DNA of 61,256 nt, counting the filler, from Dugesia japonica (Eukaryota): NCBI GenBank assembly GCA_001938525.1. It is 5 parts of 5 records of this genome, joined end to end, with 100 filler letters (N's around TTAATTAATTAA, not from the genome) between each part and the next. Parts side by side here need not be neighbours in the genome. Positions count along the whole stretch, not along the records: positions 1 to 11,852 come from MQRL01595583.1; positions 11,953 to 23,965 come from MQRL01493077.1; 3 more parts are not named here. One strand, given 5' to 3'. Positions 1 through 12,429 of the stretch are shown in pieces. A program made the position numbers and the translations under genes. Within the stretch, counting starts at the first letter, position 1; the number at the start of each line of letters is the position of its first letter. The notes beneath the pieces were generated by a model, which ran no database searches, was not told the origin of the DNA, and was given only the letters and a program-made list of their open reading frames with translations.

Positions 1-296
1 GTTCACCAGCACTCATTTATTCAGATAACTTTAAAACAGTTTACGTGATAAGACCTTTACTTGATCGGAGTTTTCGAATCAGTCACTATTAAAAGTTCAT
101 TGGCTACGAATCTCATAATTTATATGAGTACAGTATTATGCAGCTTCAAAAACGATAAAGAAAGGTTATCCAAAAGAACAGTCAATATTGAGTTGATGAA
201 ATGTAATTTTAATTTTATTGTAATTTTAATTTAAAGTTTATTATANNNNNNNNNNNNNNNNNNNNNNNNNNNNNNNNNNNNNNNNNNNNNNNNNNN

Positions 297-495
297 TTAA
301 ATTAAAAGCTTTGGTCAAAATGTTGTTTTCTTTCTTTTTATTACATTTTTGGTAATTATCAGAAATTTCGACTTTTGTCTTCTTCTGGAATTTCTGAAAT
401 AAAACGAAACAAAACAACATTTTCATCGAAGCTTTTAATTTAATGAAATCTCAAATGCGATCAATAGTTAAGGCCAATAATTGTAATTGTAAAAC
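297..495. mobile_element. Penelope-like pseudo-LTR pair in inverted orientation, with a decayed hammerhead on the minus strand
   Basis: 297-330 is the reverse complement of 411-443. 421-495 matches the dispersed 'gatcgaagc...aatgaaatctcaaatgcgatcaatggttaagtccaacaat' repeat. The minus strand of 354-392 reads aattc-CAGAAGA-A-GAC-aaaa-GTC-GAAA-tt-tc. Confidence 0.7.
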
Positions 496-1600
496 ACATA
501 CGTCTGATGCCATCAACCTTGGACTTTTTGATTTCCTTTTTAATTTAAAATTCGTATCTCAATTAAATATTTTAAAAATTTTAATTTATTTATAAAACAA
601 ATTGTATTTAAAGTTTAATAATTGAACATTTATATTCCTTATTTTTTAAAACTCTTTTATAAACCATTTAAAAACAAGCTTATCAATTCATTTTAAATTA
701 TAATAATATTTCAAAATGAAAAGTATTTAATGATTAAAATTTTATATTAATTATCTTTAAAAACCATTTATTCAATTTAAATTACTTAATTATAATTTGA
801 AAAAAGCTTCAAAAATATTTAAATTCATATATAATAAACCAAATACATTTAATATTTTTAAAAATTAAAAACTTATTATTTGAAAATTAAATGAATATTT
901 AAAAGACTAATTTGATATCAAAAGTTTAATATTCATTACTCATATTTTTTTTAATTATTTTTAATTTAATTTACATTTAAAAAAAATATTTTCAAGAAAA
1001 GTTTCAATTGAGTTGACAAAAAAATTTGACCCAGTTTTTAAAAAAATTTCACATTAATAATAGTTAAAAAAAAATTTGAATTTTTATTAATCAAAAATAA
1101 TTTCAGTTGTTAATTAAATTAAGAGGCAAATCATCTAAAAAGTTAAGTTTAGAAAAGTTTGAAATCTAATGTTCTACTATAAATAGATTTAGATAATAAA
1201 ACTGTTCCATTGTTTTTCAAGTTTCAAATAAATTTTAATTAAATTAAACTAATTAATGAAGTTTCGTATTTAAAATTAATCATTTACAATGAATTAAATT
1301 GTTTAATTTAAAATGGCTAATAATTTCGGTCGTCACAATTTTATTTGAAATAAATAATTTCAAACGAAAATATGTTCATTATATACGTAATCATTCTGGA
1401 CTATCCCTATTTAACACGCCGCGATAATCAAACCCATCTTACAGGCTAGAAAATCCGCCCCAGGTTTAATCATTACATGGTTCGGCCAGCGTAAAGCTGT
1501 CAAACAAAACAAAAAGAGAAGAAATAAGAAGCAGGCGCAAGGAAATGGAGGGAATGTTTGGAAAGCCTAATTGAAATCTTCTACATCCAACCTTCTGGTT

Positions 1601-1880
1601 TTACTCACATTGAATCTCTTCAATAGTGCCAGCATGTTTGTTGTGGAAACTCCAATTCTTACTCGACCAGGCTATGGATTTTCTGGTCGAGACAAGAGCA
1701 AATTTTTTAATCACATTAGAGCGTAACCCAAACTGTTTAAGCGTTGGTTCATTTTCAACACACCATTATACCAGACACCCTACTTAGATCGTTTCAAGGA
1801 TTACTTTCCAATTTGGAAGGTTTTTCTGAATATCCTCCTTCAGCGATGTGTATTTATTTATGTTCAAGTCCCTCGCTAAT
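1601..1880 (-). pseudogene. C-terminal restriction-like endonuclease (RLE) fragment of an R2/NeSL/Utopia-type non-LTR retrotransposon
   Basis: Manual translation LARDLNINKYTSLKEDIQKNLPNWKVILETI*VGCLV*WCVENEPTLKQFGL fits the AR..K..KY..L ... VG.LG.W...N...L pattern of RLE domains. GC-richer putative 3' UTR extends to about 1370. Confidence 0.6.
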
Positions 1881-2027
1881 TTTAGATTACTGAATAGATT
1901 AATATTAAAAAGATAATATAAGATTTCATTAAATTAAAATCTTCAATCAAAATATTGTTTTTCTTTAATTTATATTTTGTTTTTTTCTTATTTATATTTT
2001 GTTTTTGCTAGTATTTGAAATTCAATA

Positions 2028-2120
2028 TTTTGATCGAATCTAAATATTTAATGAAATTTCTAATGCGATCAATGATTAAGTCTAACAATTATTCAAGTAA
2101 AAATTGTAATTATAAAATTT
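2028..2120 (+). repeat. Penelope-like pLTR fragment
   Basis: Diverged copy of the dispersed 'ttgatcgaa...aatgaaat...gcgatcaatg.ttaagtc.aacaattatt' motif. Confidence 0.65.
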
Positions 2121-3403
2121 AATTTTTAATTAATTTTAATTAAATCTTTTTTTTATTAATTTTCTATTATTTTTAATTTTTTTAATAAAAACATTATAAA
2201 AAACGAAATTGAAAAATTTACTTGAAAAGATTTTTGATTTATTTATTTTTAACACTTGCTTTTTATTATTACATTCAATAACGATATTGTTTTCTTTAAG
2301 CTGCAAAACAATTGTTATGTAAACATCACATTGAAGACAACCGCACAGATTTTCATTTTTTTCGTTAACTAAATAATCATTGAATATAAAAAAAAGTTTC
2401 CTTTCGGAATGGTTTTCTTCTATTTCAATTAAAATTTTATTTCCCTTTTCATCAATAGCATACAAAACCATTCCAATAAAATTCTTGATAAACAAAGAAA
2501 AATTCGATGATTTGTCACCAATTAAATTTCCATCCAAATTTTCGTGAATATAATTGGTTAAAAATAAATTGATGAGATTGATAAATACTAATTTATTTAA
2601 TTAAGTTAATTATTGAAATAACGTAAAAATTACAAGAATTACCTATTAAAAAAAAGCTGATCTTAAAGAAAATCGACATCAATTATGGTAATAATGTATT
2701 TTATCATATCATATTTATATTACCGAATTAGTATTGGAGCAATCATATTATAGCACATGAGGACATGAAACCATTTTATTTATTTTACAAATATACGATC
2801 TTGTTGTGTATTTTGTACAATGTTTACAATATTGTGATAATTAAATACTAAATTAGAAAATTTTTAATGTTTACTTTACTTCTAAATTTATTAATATTTG
2901 ATTTTATTGAATATTATTTTAATTAACTTTGTAATACTGAGAACAATAAATATTTATTGAAAAATAAACAAAACCAAAGAATTGTCTTATTCTTCAACGA
3001 TGTANNNNNNNNNNNNNNNNNNNNNNNNNNNNNNNNNNNNNNNNNNNNNNNNNNNNNNNNNNNNNNNNNNNNNNNNNNNNNNNNNNNNNNNNNNNNNNNN
3101 NNNNNNNNNNNNNAAATTTAATTTTCTTATATCATTTATTAAAATAAAAACTACAATCGATAATTGATTATAATAATAATTTAACAAACAAAAATACACT
3201 TAAAAAAATACAAAATCTTACGTTTTAAGCTGAATGCAAAAAAAAACAATACTAACTGATGAAGTCTTCAATAAATAAAACGATCTGACACTTAATTATA
3301 GGTTTTTGCAGTAATATATTTAAAATAATAATATTGTAAAATGTTCAAAAAATAAGAAAATCAAATATATTCTAATTTTCATAAATATTTATTTAAAAAA
3401 ATA

Positions 3404-3836
3404 CCTGTTTTGTAATACATTGATGACCACCCTATTTTGGTGACCACCTCTATAAAAATTGACCACTTCTAAAAGTATAATGAAATTCTTGACGTTTAGC
3501 CTCAAACTTCTTTAAAATAATTAATAAAAAGTGACANCTGCTAAAAAATAATTTCTGTTAAATAAAAAANTTTTATTTAAAAATAGAAACTTTACTTTGT
3601 TTAAATAAATTAAAGTTAGTGGAAATTTAAAATAGTGAATTATGGTATTAAGAATTGATTAATTTCCAGAATAATAGTAAGATTAAAAATCAAATTTCGC
3701 ATTTAGAAATAGAAAATAGAAATCGATTTGTTGGATTAGGCTAAAAAGCTGCAATATTCCTGTTTCTGTAAAATGGTGACCACCTCCCAAAGTGACCATT
3801 TCTTGAAAAATTGGTCACTTTTGAGAGTCTCCACTG
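3404..3836. mobile_element. Pogo/Tc1-type non-autonomous DNA transposon fragment (one end)
   Basis: Ends in gagagtctccactg followed by TA (reverse complement CAGTGGAGACTCTC). Repeated subterminal tgaccac motifs at about 3424-3466 and 3777-3818. No left TIR found. Confidence 0.5.
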
Positions 3837-4137
3837 TATATTTTTTTAATAAACTTTTTAAATAAATTTCTGCAAAAAANNNNNNNNNNNNNNNAAATAT
3901 TGTTTTTAATAAATTATTTGAAAATTGCTAAATTGTTTTTTAAAATACTTTCAAACTTTTCGAATATTTAAACCAAGCTTTACAAATAAAATTAAAACTT
4001 AATTTAAAATAAAGTTTCTAAAATTTAATTAAACATGAAAACTTAAATTATTCAAAAGTAGTGTATTTCAGAGTAATTAATTTTGAAATAATATTTAATT
4101 TTAACTTCACTATACTAACTTCAAGTTGATTTAATTA

Positions 4138-4226
4138 TTTTATAATTACAATTATTGTGAGAATAATTGTTGGANTTAACCATTGATCGGATTTGAGATT
4201 TCATTAAAATAAGATAAGGCTTCGAT
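4138..4226 (-). repeat. Penelope-like pLTR fragment
   Basis: Reverse complement of the copies at 9693-9759 and 52810-52898; near identical to 51514-51598. Confidence 0.75.
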
Positions 4227-4754
4227 TTAATTTGATTTAATTAAGTGAAATAATTTCATGATACTAACTTTTAAAAATTTATCAACTTATTTATTTAAAT
4301 AGTACATTTAATAATTAATTTCATAATTGTAGTTTTTGATTAGATTGTTAAAACAATTATTTAATTTGGAAAATTTAATTTTTAGTAATAAGTTTTAAAT
4401 TTAACTAATTTATTAAGACTTGTTAATGTTAATGTTAAAATTTTCTTATATATTATTTCATATATCTATAAAGTATATGATTAACACATATTTGATTAAC
4501 ATATATTATAAGAAATAAGCACCATGTATTCACATTATTGCGTTAATCAAAGACATAATGAAGATTGTCACTAGAAAATGGAAAAATAACATGGTATCTT
4601 TAATAAGAAGAGACTGGCGCACTGCCCGAAAGCCTCCCAGGATAAGTGATGTAATTTATGAGATTATGCGAAATTTGATATTTTAACCTGTGATGTAAAA
4701 ACATCATCGGAAATTTAATCAATCAATTAAATTTATTATGTAATTTTTTATTGG

Positions 4755-4890
4755 TAATCTTTTTCAGGCTTTTTTAGTTGGCAAAAACATTTTCAAGCTT
4801 TTAAGCGGCAATATATTTTTAGGTTTTTGAAGCGTTGATATTTTTTCAGGCTTTTTAAGCTATATTATTTCAAGCTTTTAAGTTGGTAAT
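4755..4890. repeat. Degenerate ~31-bp tandem repeat (ttttcaggctttttaagtggcaatat)
   Basis: About five diverged units; the same unit recurs at about 8810-8890. Confidence 0.6.
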
Positions 4891-4999
4891 TTGTTTAGTG
4901 AGGTCAATTTTTGTTTGGTTTTACATAGTTTTTGTCTAGAATTTCCTCGGCGAGATTGAATAAGGTAGATTTTTTGATTGGTTTAGGTAAATAAATAAG

Positions 5000-5278
5000 A
5001 AAAATGTCACTTATAAAATAACATGCATCATTTGTCAAGAAACATATATAGGNGAAACATGNAGAACCACCATAACAAGAGTTAAGGAATATTTGAAACA
5101 AAAAGAAAGTGAAGTATTCAACCACTTTAAACACAAACATAACATTTCACAAGAACAACATCACATTACATGAAAAACACTAGGAACAAGCGACATTTCT
5201 ACACTACATAGAAAAAATCATGAAGAAATGCTAATCAAAGAAAAGTATCCTAAAATAAATATAATTTTCAATAATTAA
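5000..5278 (+). pseudogene. GIY-YIG endonuclease C-terminus of a Penelope-like retroelement
   Basis: Manual translation KNVTYKITCIICQETYIGETxRTTITRVKEYLKQKESEVFNHF...HRKNHEEMLIKEKYPKIN shows the Y..C..C...YIGET.R....R..E and terminal E...I....P.IN motifs. One internal stop. Confidence 0.85.
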
Positions 5279-5397
5279 ATTAAATAATTAAATATAAAAT
5301 AAGAATTAAAATTAANCAATTAAAATTTTAAAAAAATAAAAATTATTTCAATAATTATTACTATTATAAACATAAATCTTGAATAAATTACAAAAGT

Positions 5398-5434
5398 CAA
5401 TTCCTGACGAAGACAAGCTTGAAATATCGAATTG
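5398..5434 (+). ncRNA. Minimal type I hammerhead ribozyme (stem II decayed)
   Basis: caattc / CTGACGA / agacaagctt / GAAA / ta / TC / gaattg: 6-bp stem I and intact core boxes, about 120 nt downstream of the GIY-YIG ORF. Confidence 0.65.
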
Positions 5435-5589
5435 TTATCAAATATCAATAAAAAACAAAAATTTTGATGGAAGCCTTTATTTTAGATGAATTTTTAATTT
5501 AAAATGTATTTATAGTATTATGAAATTTAACAATCAATATATTTATTGAACATGTATTTACATGGCGACCTCATATTACTATGATTAGG

Positions 5590-6270
5590 TCAATTATTTT
5601 CTCAAGATTGGTGAGTTTGCGCAAACCTGGTCGGTTTTAGGTCATTTTTGAGCGATTTGGTTAAGAATTTGCTCGATGAGGTCAAATAAGGTTGATTTTT
5701 TGTTGGTTTAGATAAAATTGGTCTAATATTTCCTCGGGATAGGTAATTTTTGGGTGGTTTAGGCAAAATTGGTCGAAATTTTCTCCATGAGGTTGAATAT
5801 GTGCAAACTTGCTCGGTTTTAAGTGAATTCAATCAAAATTTTCCTCGGGAATGGTTAGTTTGGGTCAGCTTTGGACAATTTTGCCAATTATTTACTCACA
5901 GTGCTCAGATTTTGGATGATTTAGTCAATTATTTTTTAAGCATGGATAAATTTAGACAATTATTTAATCATGATGGTTAGATTTTGGTGGTTTTTGGAAA
6001 ATAGTCAATTATTTGCTCACTAGTGTAATTTTTAGTTTAATTTGATAAATGATTCCCTCGGGAATGGTTAATTTGTGTCAGTTTTGGACAAATTTGTCAA
6101 TTATTTACCTGGTTTAAATAATATTGGGAAATTATTTACTGACGGTGGTTAATTTAGGATGGTTTTTGGCTGGCTATGGTCAATTAATTACTCACAACGG
6201 ACAGTTTTACATGAATTTGAGTAATCATTTTCTCAGGTTTGGTCAGTGTGGGTTGAATTTTAAGGAAATT
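5590..6270. repeat. Degenerate ~42-bp GT-rich minisatellite
   Basis: Recurring units such as tttgggtggtttaggcaaaattggtcgaaattttctc and ttggacaaatttgtcaattattt. Related units occur at 4900-4990 and 8920-9085. Confidence 0.65.
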
Positions 6271-6519
6271 TATGTGAAAAGTTGAATTTGTTTAAACTTT
6301 AAAGTTTTAAAACTTTTTTATGGGAATTCTTTATAGGAATCCAGGCATGCCGTTCATGTTGTTTAAATAATATTAAAATTAAAAATCTTTTAAATGAAAT
6401 TTTTATGGGAGTCTGGGTGAAAAGTCTTAATTTTTAAAAAAATATATTCTATATCTCAGATTTCAAAGATTTTTTATACCAAACTGCTGAGAAATAAAAC
6501 GTTTTCGAAAATATTTTCC

Positions 6520-6900
6520 CTCTCAAATAAGTTAAGAAAGTGTTTATTCAATAGAGAAGGTTTTGCTGATTCCAAATATGTTAACCTAAAATCTCCAAAG
6601 TTAACACTCGATGAAATAAATGGTGTTTTGTGGTGTAAAATCCCAAATTTTGAATTATTGTAATCAATTTTCTCTGCGTACTTAACCTGTATGGTTTCAA
6701 ATTTGGTATTATTTTACTCAGGAGTAAAGAGGAATTGTGTAAAGTTGCAATATCGTCTCGGAAAAAATGCTTCCTAACGATTATGTACAGCCGCCATTCC
6801 GGATTTAGTGACATTTTTAGAAAATATCAAAAGTAACTGAGAATTTATCGAAATTAATACTATTTTTTTGGAAAATTTACATTGAGTAAGAATAACATGG
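6520..6900 (-). pseudogene. Possible rosa/DD41D-type Tc1-mariner transposase remnant
   Basis: LKPYRL...Q.KL segment and downstream residues resemble this family; heavily decayed. Confidence 0.3.
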
Positions 6901-7128
6901 TTATAAACCAACAATCCTTATACATAAAAGTTATAAAGAAAATACCAATACTTTATCTATTATAATTCAAATTAATTAAATTTAATTTAAAGTAATTTAA
7001 TTTTTAAATAATTTTAATAAGAATGTTCTAGAATCAATTGTTTACACGTAGCAATGTATTTAATTAATAAACACTTGTTTTAAAACCTATATAAACCGAA
7101 TCTTTAATTCATTTATCATTATTTCAAA

Positions 7129-7578
7129 ATGAAGATGATTGAAACTCTAAACAAGGAAATTTCTTCTAAACTAGTATTTGAGTGTGAAAAGGCAAGAAAT
7201 TACTTCAAGCATGAAATTGTTTTCTTTAAGAGAACAATCAATTATACTTTTCAAGTAATATTTGATTTGCTGATAACTCTATTAATACTTTTTATTTAGG
7301 ATCCTGTAAAAGTAAAACCTTGTGTTTACGACTTATACATATCTGAAATCAGTGACAATGATCAAAAGACTCTTAATGAACTATTCGTAAGAATCAATGA
7401 ACACATTAAAATTGAAGATGCAACATTTATTAAATCTAAAGAAGATAATGTTTAGGAAATCATATCAAAGATTACAGTTGAAAGTATAGGATACAAGAAA
7501 TTGAAAGAAATAGTAAACCAATATGGAAAGTTAAATCAACTCAAAAGATTGAATGAAAATTTTTTGAATAGATATTAG
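7129..7578 (+). pseudogene. Small two-exon orphan gene (exon 1 7129-7254, exon 2 7300-7578) with one in-frame TAG at 7453
   Basis: TATATAAA at 7088-7095, ATG at 7129, phase-0 GT-AG intron of 45 nt (same size class as the collagen introns). The reading frame continues 40 codons past the TAG. Confidence 0.5.
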
Positions 7579-7849
7579 TATAATTAAACTAATTATCTTA
7601 TAATTCACTGGATTTGGTCTATTTTAAACAGAATTGTAGATAAATTTGGTTGATACTTTACTTTTTACCAGTCTTCAGTTATCAAAGCTCTGTGCACTAG
7701 TGCTCTGTCGACTAGATTTCAGTCATCAGTGTTCTGATCGCAGTGCACTGGATTTCAATTATCAATGATTTTCTTACTGAATACTGGTACTTTCTAATAC
7801 TTATTGGGTTTTAATTCACTAATTACAGGGCTTTAATAGTAGTAAATAT

Positions 7850-10320
7850 ACTGTTTATTTAACCTGATTTATATTTTTANTTATAATTTTGAAAATTAAA
7901 TTAGATTTTGTGGATTTTTATTATATTGTAATATTTTTTATCGTAAAATTTAATTAAAGTTTAATTTATAATAATTGAAATTTTTATTAAGCATTATATA
8001 ATTTGAAATAATTTTAATTATTTATTGAAAATAACTAAAATAATTCAATTTAAAGTGTAAAATACAGTCACTGTAGACTTTTTAAAATAATAAGAGAAAT
8101 TTAAGCTTTTACAATTATAAAAAGGAAAAATCTTTTACAATTTTTATTTTCATTCAAGATATTACAATTTTAAAATTGAATTTATAAATTTTATATGTTG
8201 GTTCTAAATGTTACATGGATTGAACAAATTTCCTGTGAAGATTTAACTAAGTAATTAATTAAAATATTTAAATGAATAAATTAATTGATTTGCCAGGTTA
8301 ATTATAGGTTATTGAATAATTGGTTAGAATTTTAATGCTTGAAGAAAGTGTATGCTACAAATATATGATTAATTGGTGAATAAACGCATTAGAAATTTTG
8401 TTTCAAAAGAAACGTTTATATTAAGGTGAAAATATCTGAATAATTAAACATTTATTAGTTGTAAAGTATATATTTAGTGTGAATTAAAGCGATGAAAAGA
8501 CTAAAGTATTAACTAAGTAAAGTAAGGGGATAGTAGCGCAATGGGACAAGGTGTGCGAACACTCCACTCTCCGACGTTATTGGAATATTACATAAGTGAT
8601 CCAGTATTTTTCTAATGTAAATAAGCGGCAGCACATATTTGTGTGGATTACATAATGTAATACATTTCGTCGCGAGCTTATTAAATAAGTGTTCCATTAT
8701 TTTTTATGTGTATTTAGGCGGCGAACAAAATGTGCAATTACATACGTTTTGCTCGTATTTTTTGAAAAAATTCCCGAGTTATTTTCAAATTTTTAATTTA
8801 ATTGGGAAAATTTTTATAGGCTTTTAAGCAATAAAAGTTTTCAGGCTTTTTAAGGGCAATAATTTTTAGGCTTTTTTAATCGGTAGTATTTTTTTTTACT
8901 GTGAATTTGTTTGAGAATTTATTTGGTGAGGTGGAATAAGTTCGATTTTTGATTGGTTCAAGTGACTTCGGTCGACATTTTTCTCGGTGAGATCGAATGT
9001 GGTCAATTTTTGACTTATTTAGGTGAAATTAGCCAAACCTTTTTCGGGATTGGTCAGTTTAGGTAATTTTTGGGTGGTTCAGTCAATCATCACTAATTGT
9101 AGATTTATTGTTTAATTAGTATTTTATTATTTAACCTATTATATATTTTTACTTGGACTTTTGAAATTAAATAAGATTTCATGAATATTTAATAATTTGT
9201 TCTATTTTTATCGTTAAACTCAAATTTAATTTTATAATATGAATTTTTTATTAAGATTGATTGAATNNNNNNNNNNNNNNNNNNNNNNNNNNNNNNNNNN
9301 NNNNAATTAATTGTAATAACTTAAATATAATGAATTGATTAATTTTCAATGTGTAATTTGATTAAAACTATACTTTTGTTGGTAAATTGAATTAAGTTTT
9401 GAATATATTTTTTAAGGTAATTTTGAAAAGAAATTAGCTTTTATGCATACATTTTTATGGCTAAATAAAAATTATACTAGCAAGTTTTTAAGTATTGAAA
9501 ATTTTGAAATAATTTTTAACTATTTATTGAAAATATCTTAAATAATATTGAATGAAAAAATTAGATATGATCGATTTAATAATTATTAAAAAAAGTACCT
9601 CAAACTTTAATTTTAAGTGTAAAATACAATAATATTAGATATTTTAAATATGAAATAAACCTTTAAAAAAAAGTAAAAGTAAACCTTTATTTGTTTTGAT
9701 CGAAGCCTTATCTTATTTTAATGAAATCTCAAATCCGATCAATGGTTAAGTCCAACAATNNNNNNNNNNNNNNNNNNNNNNNNNNNNNNNNNNNNNNNNN
9801 NNNNNNNNNNNNNNNNNNNNNNNNNNNNNNNNNNNNNNNNNNNNNNNNNNNNNNNNNNNNNNNNNNNNNNNNNNNNNNTTATTCTAAAACTAATTTCAAA
9901 GAAGGATAATTTTTATTTTCAATTAGGATATTACAATTTTAAAGTTGAATTTATAATTTTATATATTTGTTAGTTTTAAATTTTACTTTGATTGAAAAAA
10001 ATTTCTCTGAAGGTTTAACTAATTAATTTTAAAATATTTAAATAAATTAATTAATTAATTTCAAAGATAAATATTGGGTTTATGAATAATTGTTTAGAAT
10101 TTCAAGGATTGAATAAATTTAAATGTTACACGTATATGAATTATAGATGAATAAACATAATAGAAATCTGTTTTCAAATGGACACTCTATATTAAGGTGA
10201 AAATATCTGAATAGTTCACTGGTTATTGTTTGTAAAGTATATACTTAGTGTGAATTATAGGGTTGACTATAAGGCATAATCGACGAATAAATTAAACCAT
10301 TAACTAAGTGATTGATAAGT
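7850..10320. repeat. Local segmental duplication (about 7850-8520 versus 9110-10310)
   Basis: Collinear shared blocks, e.g. ttacaattttaaa.ttgaatttata (8162 vs 9931) and attaaggtgaaaatatctgaata (8420 vs 10191). The second copy carries a pLTR insertion at 9693. Confidence 0.65.
9693..9759 (+). repeat. Penelope-like pLTR fragment (continues into N-run)
   Basis: ttttgatcgaagccttatcttattttaatgaaatctcaaatccgatcaatggttaagtccaacaat. Confidence 0.75.
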
Positions 10321-11217
10321 AAATTAATTNGAAGAGTATTTGAACGGGATTACTGCATTCATCTGACATACTTCATGCAAATTTCAGTAAATATTTTAAT
10401 ACTTCCATGCAATTTCATAAAGTACTTTGTGATTTCTGTACAAAGCAACCTACTGAAAATGAAGCAAAAACTAGTTCGTATCAGAAAAATTAAATATATA
10501 TTACTTGCTTATCTCTGTGTTGGTCTAAGTGTTGACCATATCAATAAATTCTAATTTAGTGTATTGAATATATCTAATTTAATGGTCTTATATTCAATTA
10601 TAAAAACTTTATTTTCATGATAAAATCATTGTTAAAACCAGTATATTCATATTTTTCATGATTAAGCAATAAATTCATCTATTGAAACTAATATTTTAAA
10701 TGTTGAAACAAATATTTATAATGATAAAATCCGTATTTTCTATGTTGAACTGTTATTTTTGAACAATGTATCTGAGTATTGGCTATTCTAAAGAAAATAA
10801 AACCCATACAACCAAAGAGCAAGCAGGGTTGCCAATAAATGAGAAAGAAACCAAGAAGCAAGCCAAGATTCAGAATGATAATCATATGAAGAAAATGTGC
10901 AGAAATGATTATATTATTGCAAATAAGAAGCATGTCCTATTAGTTCTAACTCACTTATATACTCCTCCTTAATAATTAAAATCCAATAGAAAATATAGAA
11001 AATAAGGTAAAATAGGAGTGAAAGAGGATAATGGGGATAAAATAGGACAAATAGGGTAAATTTTAAAAGACGCCTAAAAATATGGCTCATCAAAAATATT
11101 GTTTATAAAAGCATTACGCGTTTACCGATATCATTACAAAACTTTAAAAGAACAGTAAAAAATTTATTTACAAAATACATAAAAAATTAGTTATGAAAAT
11201 ATTTAAAAACAAATAGT

Positions 11218-11811
11218 TCAAATTAATATAAAATTATTGAAATTAAAAAAAATTCTTACTCCAATCTCAATTATGACATTTTTCACAGTCTGTTTAATTG
11301 TCATAACATTGGCAAAGATCTTAGCTCTTTTACTCATTATTTTACGATTATCATTTATATAATATCCATTATATATACAATACATATAATCGAAAATATC
11401 GTCATCATTATCGTTGTCTTCATCATCGTCATTATCATTACCATCACAACTATGGTCTTCATTGTGAACTTCCTTGTGCTCTTCCTTGTGCTCTTCCTTG
11501 TGCTCTTCCTTGTGCTTTTCATTGTACTCTTCATTTTGAACTTCATTGTGAATTTCATTGTGTTCTTCATTGTCCTCTTCATTGTGCTCTTCCTTGTGCT
11601 TTTCATTGTACTCTTCATTTTGAACTTCATTGTGAACTTCATTGTGAACTTCATTGTGTTCTTCATTGTCCTCTTCATTGTCCTCTTTATTGTGCTCTTC
11701 ATTGTCCTCTTCATTGTGCTCTTCATTGTCCTCTTCATTGTGCTCTTCATTTTCCTCTTCATTGTACTCTTCATTGTGAATTTTAAAAATTTCATACAAT
11801 TTTATTTTCAT
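11218..11811 (-). CDS. Acidic His/Asn/Glu tetrapeptide-repeat ORF or exon (HNEE/DNEE/HKEE), unknown function
   Basis: 12-bp tandem repeat at 11457-11780, followed in frame by a non-repetitive tail and a possible gtaaga donor near 11259. Confidence 0.4.
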   Translation of the reverse strand: MKIKLYEIFKIHNEEYNEEENEEHNEEDNEEHNEEDNEEHNKEDNEEDNEEHNEVHNEVHNEVQNEEYNEKHKEEHNEEDNEEHNEIHNEVQNEEYNEKHKEEHKEEHKEEHKEVHNEDHSCDGNDNDDDEDNDNDDDIFDYMYCIYNGYYINDNRKIMSKRAKIFANVMTIKQTVKNVIIEIGVRIFFNFNNFILI

Positions 11812-11896
11812 TTCAAATTTAAATGATTTTTACGTTAATAAATCAAATAAATNNNNNNNNNNNNNNNNNNNNNNNNNNNNNNNNNNNNNNNNNNNN

Positions 11897-11908
11897 TTAA
11901 TTAATTAA
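11897..11908. other. Artificial contig linker TTAATTAATTAA
   Basis: Six-frame stop 12-mer flanked by 44 N on each side; identical at four positions. Confidence 0.95.
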
Positions 11909-11952
11909 NNNNNNNNNNNNNNNNNNNNNNNNNNNNNNNNNNNNNNNNNNNN

Positions 11953-12428
11953 AGTGCGATATTCTATTTTTGAACTAAAAATATTTTTACAACAAACCCT
12001 GTACGAAAAATGTTTAGAATTTTATTCTAAGTCGAATAGTACCATTTACAAAACGATCCGATAAAAATTAATTGAGAAATTTAAGAAACAAGGTCAAAAG
12101 TGCGAGTGCGGACATACCCTTGCTGAGAGAACCAAGCATATTCACATAACAAACCCTATACATAAAATGTTTAGATTTTAATTTATAGTTCAACAATACC
12201 AAAATTTAAATTGTACAATAAAATTTACCGAAAAAATTGGTTTCGAAAATTTGAATTTTCGACCTTTTCGAGCTAAAATTCGACCGTTCCAAATCGAATT
12301 CGAAATTTTATTTCACGTATTCGTAACAACCAATCAAAATTCTTTCATACTGGCACTTCAATTACTAGCACGATTGACGGCGCGGGGGAGGAGGGGTCAT
12401 CGTGCCAGTGCTGACGTATCCCACTACT
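11953..12428. mobile_element. Polinton-type terminal inverted repeat ending in ACTACT
   Basis: GC-rich terminus ...gtgctgacgtatcccACTACT (reverse complement AGTAGT) abuts a truncated capsid gene. Contains an internal direct repeat acaaaccct.tac..aaaatgtttag. Confidence 0.6.
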
Positions 12429-12429
12429 T

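Noticed and set aside
2136-2990. 133-aa minus-strand ORF with upstream Cys-containing segments and intron-like gaps
   Set aside because: Could be a decayed spliced gene, but I could not build a consistent model or recognise a family.
3256-3290. ctgatgaagtctt...aaaacgatc, a possible further hammerhead
   Set aside because: No GAAA box, stem II is unpaired and there is no stem I; too decayed to call.
5602-5980. Overlapping 76-aa ORFs
   Set aside because: Lie inside a degenerate minisatellite; no protein motif.
11355-11826. Alternative-frame ORFs (STMK repeats; hydrophobic FIVL repeats)
   Set aside because: By-products of a stop-free 12-bp repeat; no unique coding flanks.
11897-11908. Recurrent TTAATTAATTAA as a biological motif
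   Set aside because: Always centred in 88 Ns; an assembly spacer.
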